DNA of 64,000 nucleotides, from NCBI RefSeq assembly GCF_006345805.1, contig NC_043014.1:36084001-36148000 (forward strand), given 5' to 3'. Made by a program: the position numbers and the translations under genes. Positions 62,731-64,000 of this stretch are shown piece by piece; the stretch's first letter is position 1, and every line of letters starts with the position of its first letter. Under the pieces are notes generated by a model, which ran no database searches, was not told the DNA's origin, and saw only the letters and a list, made by a program, of their open reading frames with translations. The stretch is from Octopus sinensis. Lineage: Eukaryota.

Positions 62731-63714
62731 GTAAGTTTGCTTTTGGCACAATTTTTACACCAGGTACTTGAGCCATAGAGATTAAAAGACTTGTCCTCGA
62801 TATAATTCAGTACCATTGACAGGATCTTAAAATACTGATTACACCTGTCAGGCAAGTTGTCTGATATTTTCTTTCATTTGACCATCTTCACATTGTTTCG
62901 TTCCCTTCATTTTCTCCTTTCTCAGTGTCATCTATTTTTTCCTCTCTCTCATTATCATCATCATCATTTAACGTCCACTTTCCATGGGTTGGACTGAGGA
63001 CTGGCAAACCAGGCTCCAATCTCATCTGGCAGAGTTTCTACAGCTGGATGCCCTTTCTAATGCCAACCACTCCGAGAGTGTAGTGGGTGCTTTTACATGC
63101 CACTGGCACGAGGGCCAGTGTGGCAGTACTGGCAACAGCCATGCTCAAATGGTGTTTTTTACGTGCCACCTGCACAGGAGTCAGACCAGCGGCTCTGGCA
63201 ACAACCTCACTCGAATGTTTTGTTCATGTGCCACCAGCACAAGTGCCAGTAAGGTAACGCAGGTAACGATCACGTTCAAATGATGCCTTTTATGTGCAAC
63301 CGGCACGGAAGCCAAACAGCTGCTCTGGCAGTGATCCCGCTCGGATGGAGCTGTTAGCGCTCCACTGGCACGGGTGCAAGTCATCGAATTTGGTTCAATT
63401 TCAATTTCACTTGCCCCAACAGGTCTTGTCACTCATTAATACTGATACTGAATTTTATCCAGATTGCTGATTTTAAGTAATATGTCAGTGAAACCCCATC
63501 ATTTTTCTTTATTGTCAACTCTAATTTACGACCACATCATTCTTCTAACATATCTATTACATTCAGGATAAACTCACAGAAGATCAGCTGTCATTTCCAT
63601 CCTATATGCTGTTCAACTCATTAACCAGGTAAGAGCCTTGAATCAGTTGTTATTTCTAATATATTTATTTATGCAGCAACAGCTCTTTATTGAGTACATT
63701 GATTGGTTAAAATG

Positions 63715-63998
63715 TTTAAGCACCGCCTTGACTGGCTTCTGTGCCGGTGGCACATAAAAAAAGCACCAACCGATCGTGGCCGATGCCAGACCCCTCTGGC
63801 ACCTGTGCAGGTGGCACGTAAAAAGCACCCACTACACTTGCGGAGTGGTTGGCGTTAGGAAGGGCATCCAGCTGTAGAAACACTGCCAGATCAGACTGGA
63901 GCCTGGGGCAGCCCCTGGCTCCCCAGACCCCGGTCGAACCGTCCAACCCGTGCTAGCGCGGAAAACGGACGTTAAACAATGATGATGATGATGATGAT
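63715..63998 (+). mobile_element. Family C RTE-type short retroelement with (GAT)n tail
   Basis: GGTTGGCGTTAGGAAGGGCATCCAGCTGTAGAAA motif and GGACGTTAAAC(GAT)n end. Other copies: 47362-47490(-), 47830-48150(+), 50575-50770(-), 52230-52535(+), 62955-63420(-). Confidence 0.75.
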
Positions 63999-64000
63999 TG

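Overview
AT-rich, repeat-dense animal genomic DNA. The SINE families and microsatellite load look like octopus/coleoid cephalopod; this is recognition, not a database hit. One host gene is supported: the first five coding exons (199 aa, the TMD0 region) of a long-type ABCC/MRP1-like transporter on the + strand. It starts at ATG 43254 and runs off the right end, and its five phase-0 introns match the positions recalled for human ABCC1. The rest is transposon debris: several tRNA-derived or RTE-type SINE families, Penelope-like (RT + GIY-YIG) remnants with hammerhead-like motifs, Ty3/Gypsy pol, R4/Dong, Jockey/CR1, Helitron Rep/helicase and HINE-like elements, hAT/hATm, pogo/Tigger, mariner, maT-like and GGATC-TIR MITEs. 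Most interesting are (1) SINE multimers that reuse one exact junction, located in the loop of the tRNA-like head, at five separate loci, (2) minimal hammerhead-like motifs, including a repeated variant with a non-canonical CUGUUGA(U/A) core, (3) a sharp CpG-depletion boundary and a paired NF-kB site in ABCC intron 1, and (4) nested inverted repeats in the ABCC introns. All alignments, counts and translations were done by eye. Repeat boundaries without a TSD/TIR are approximate.
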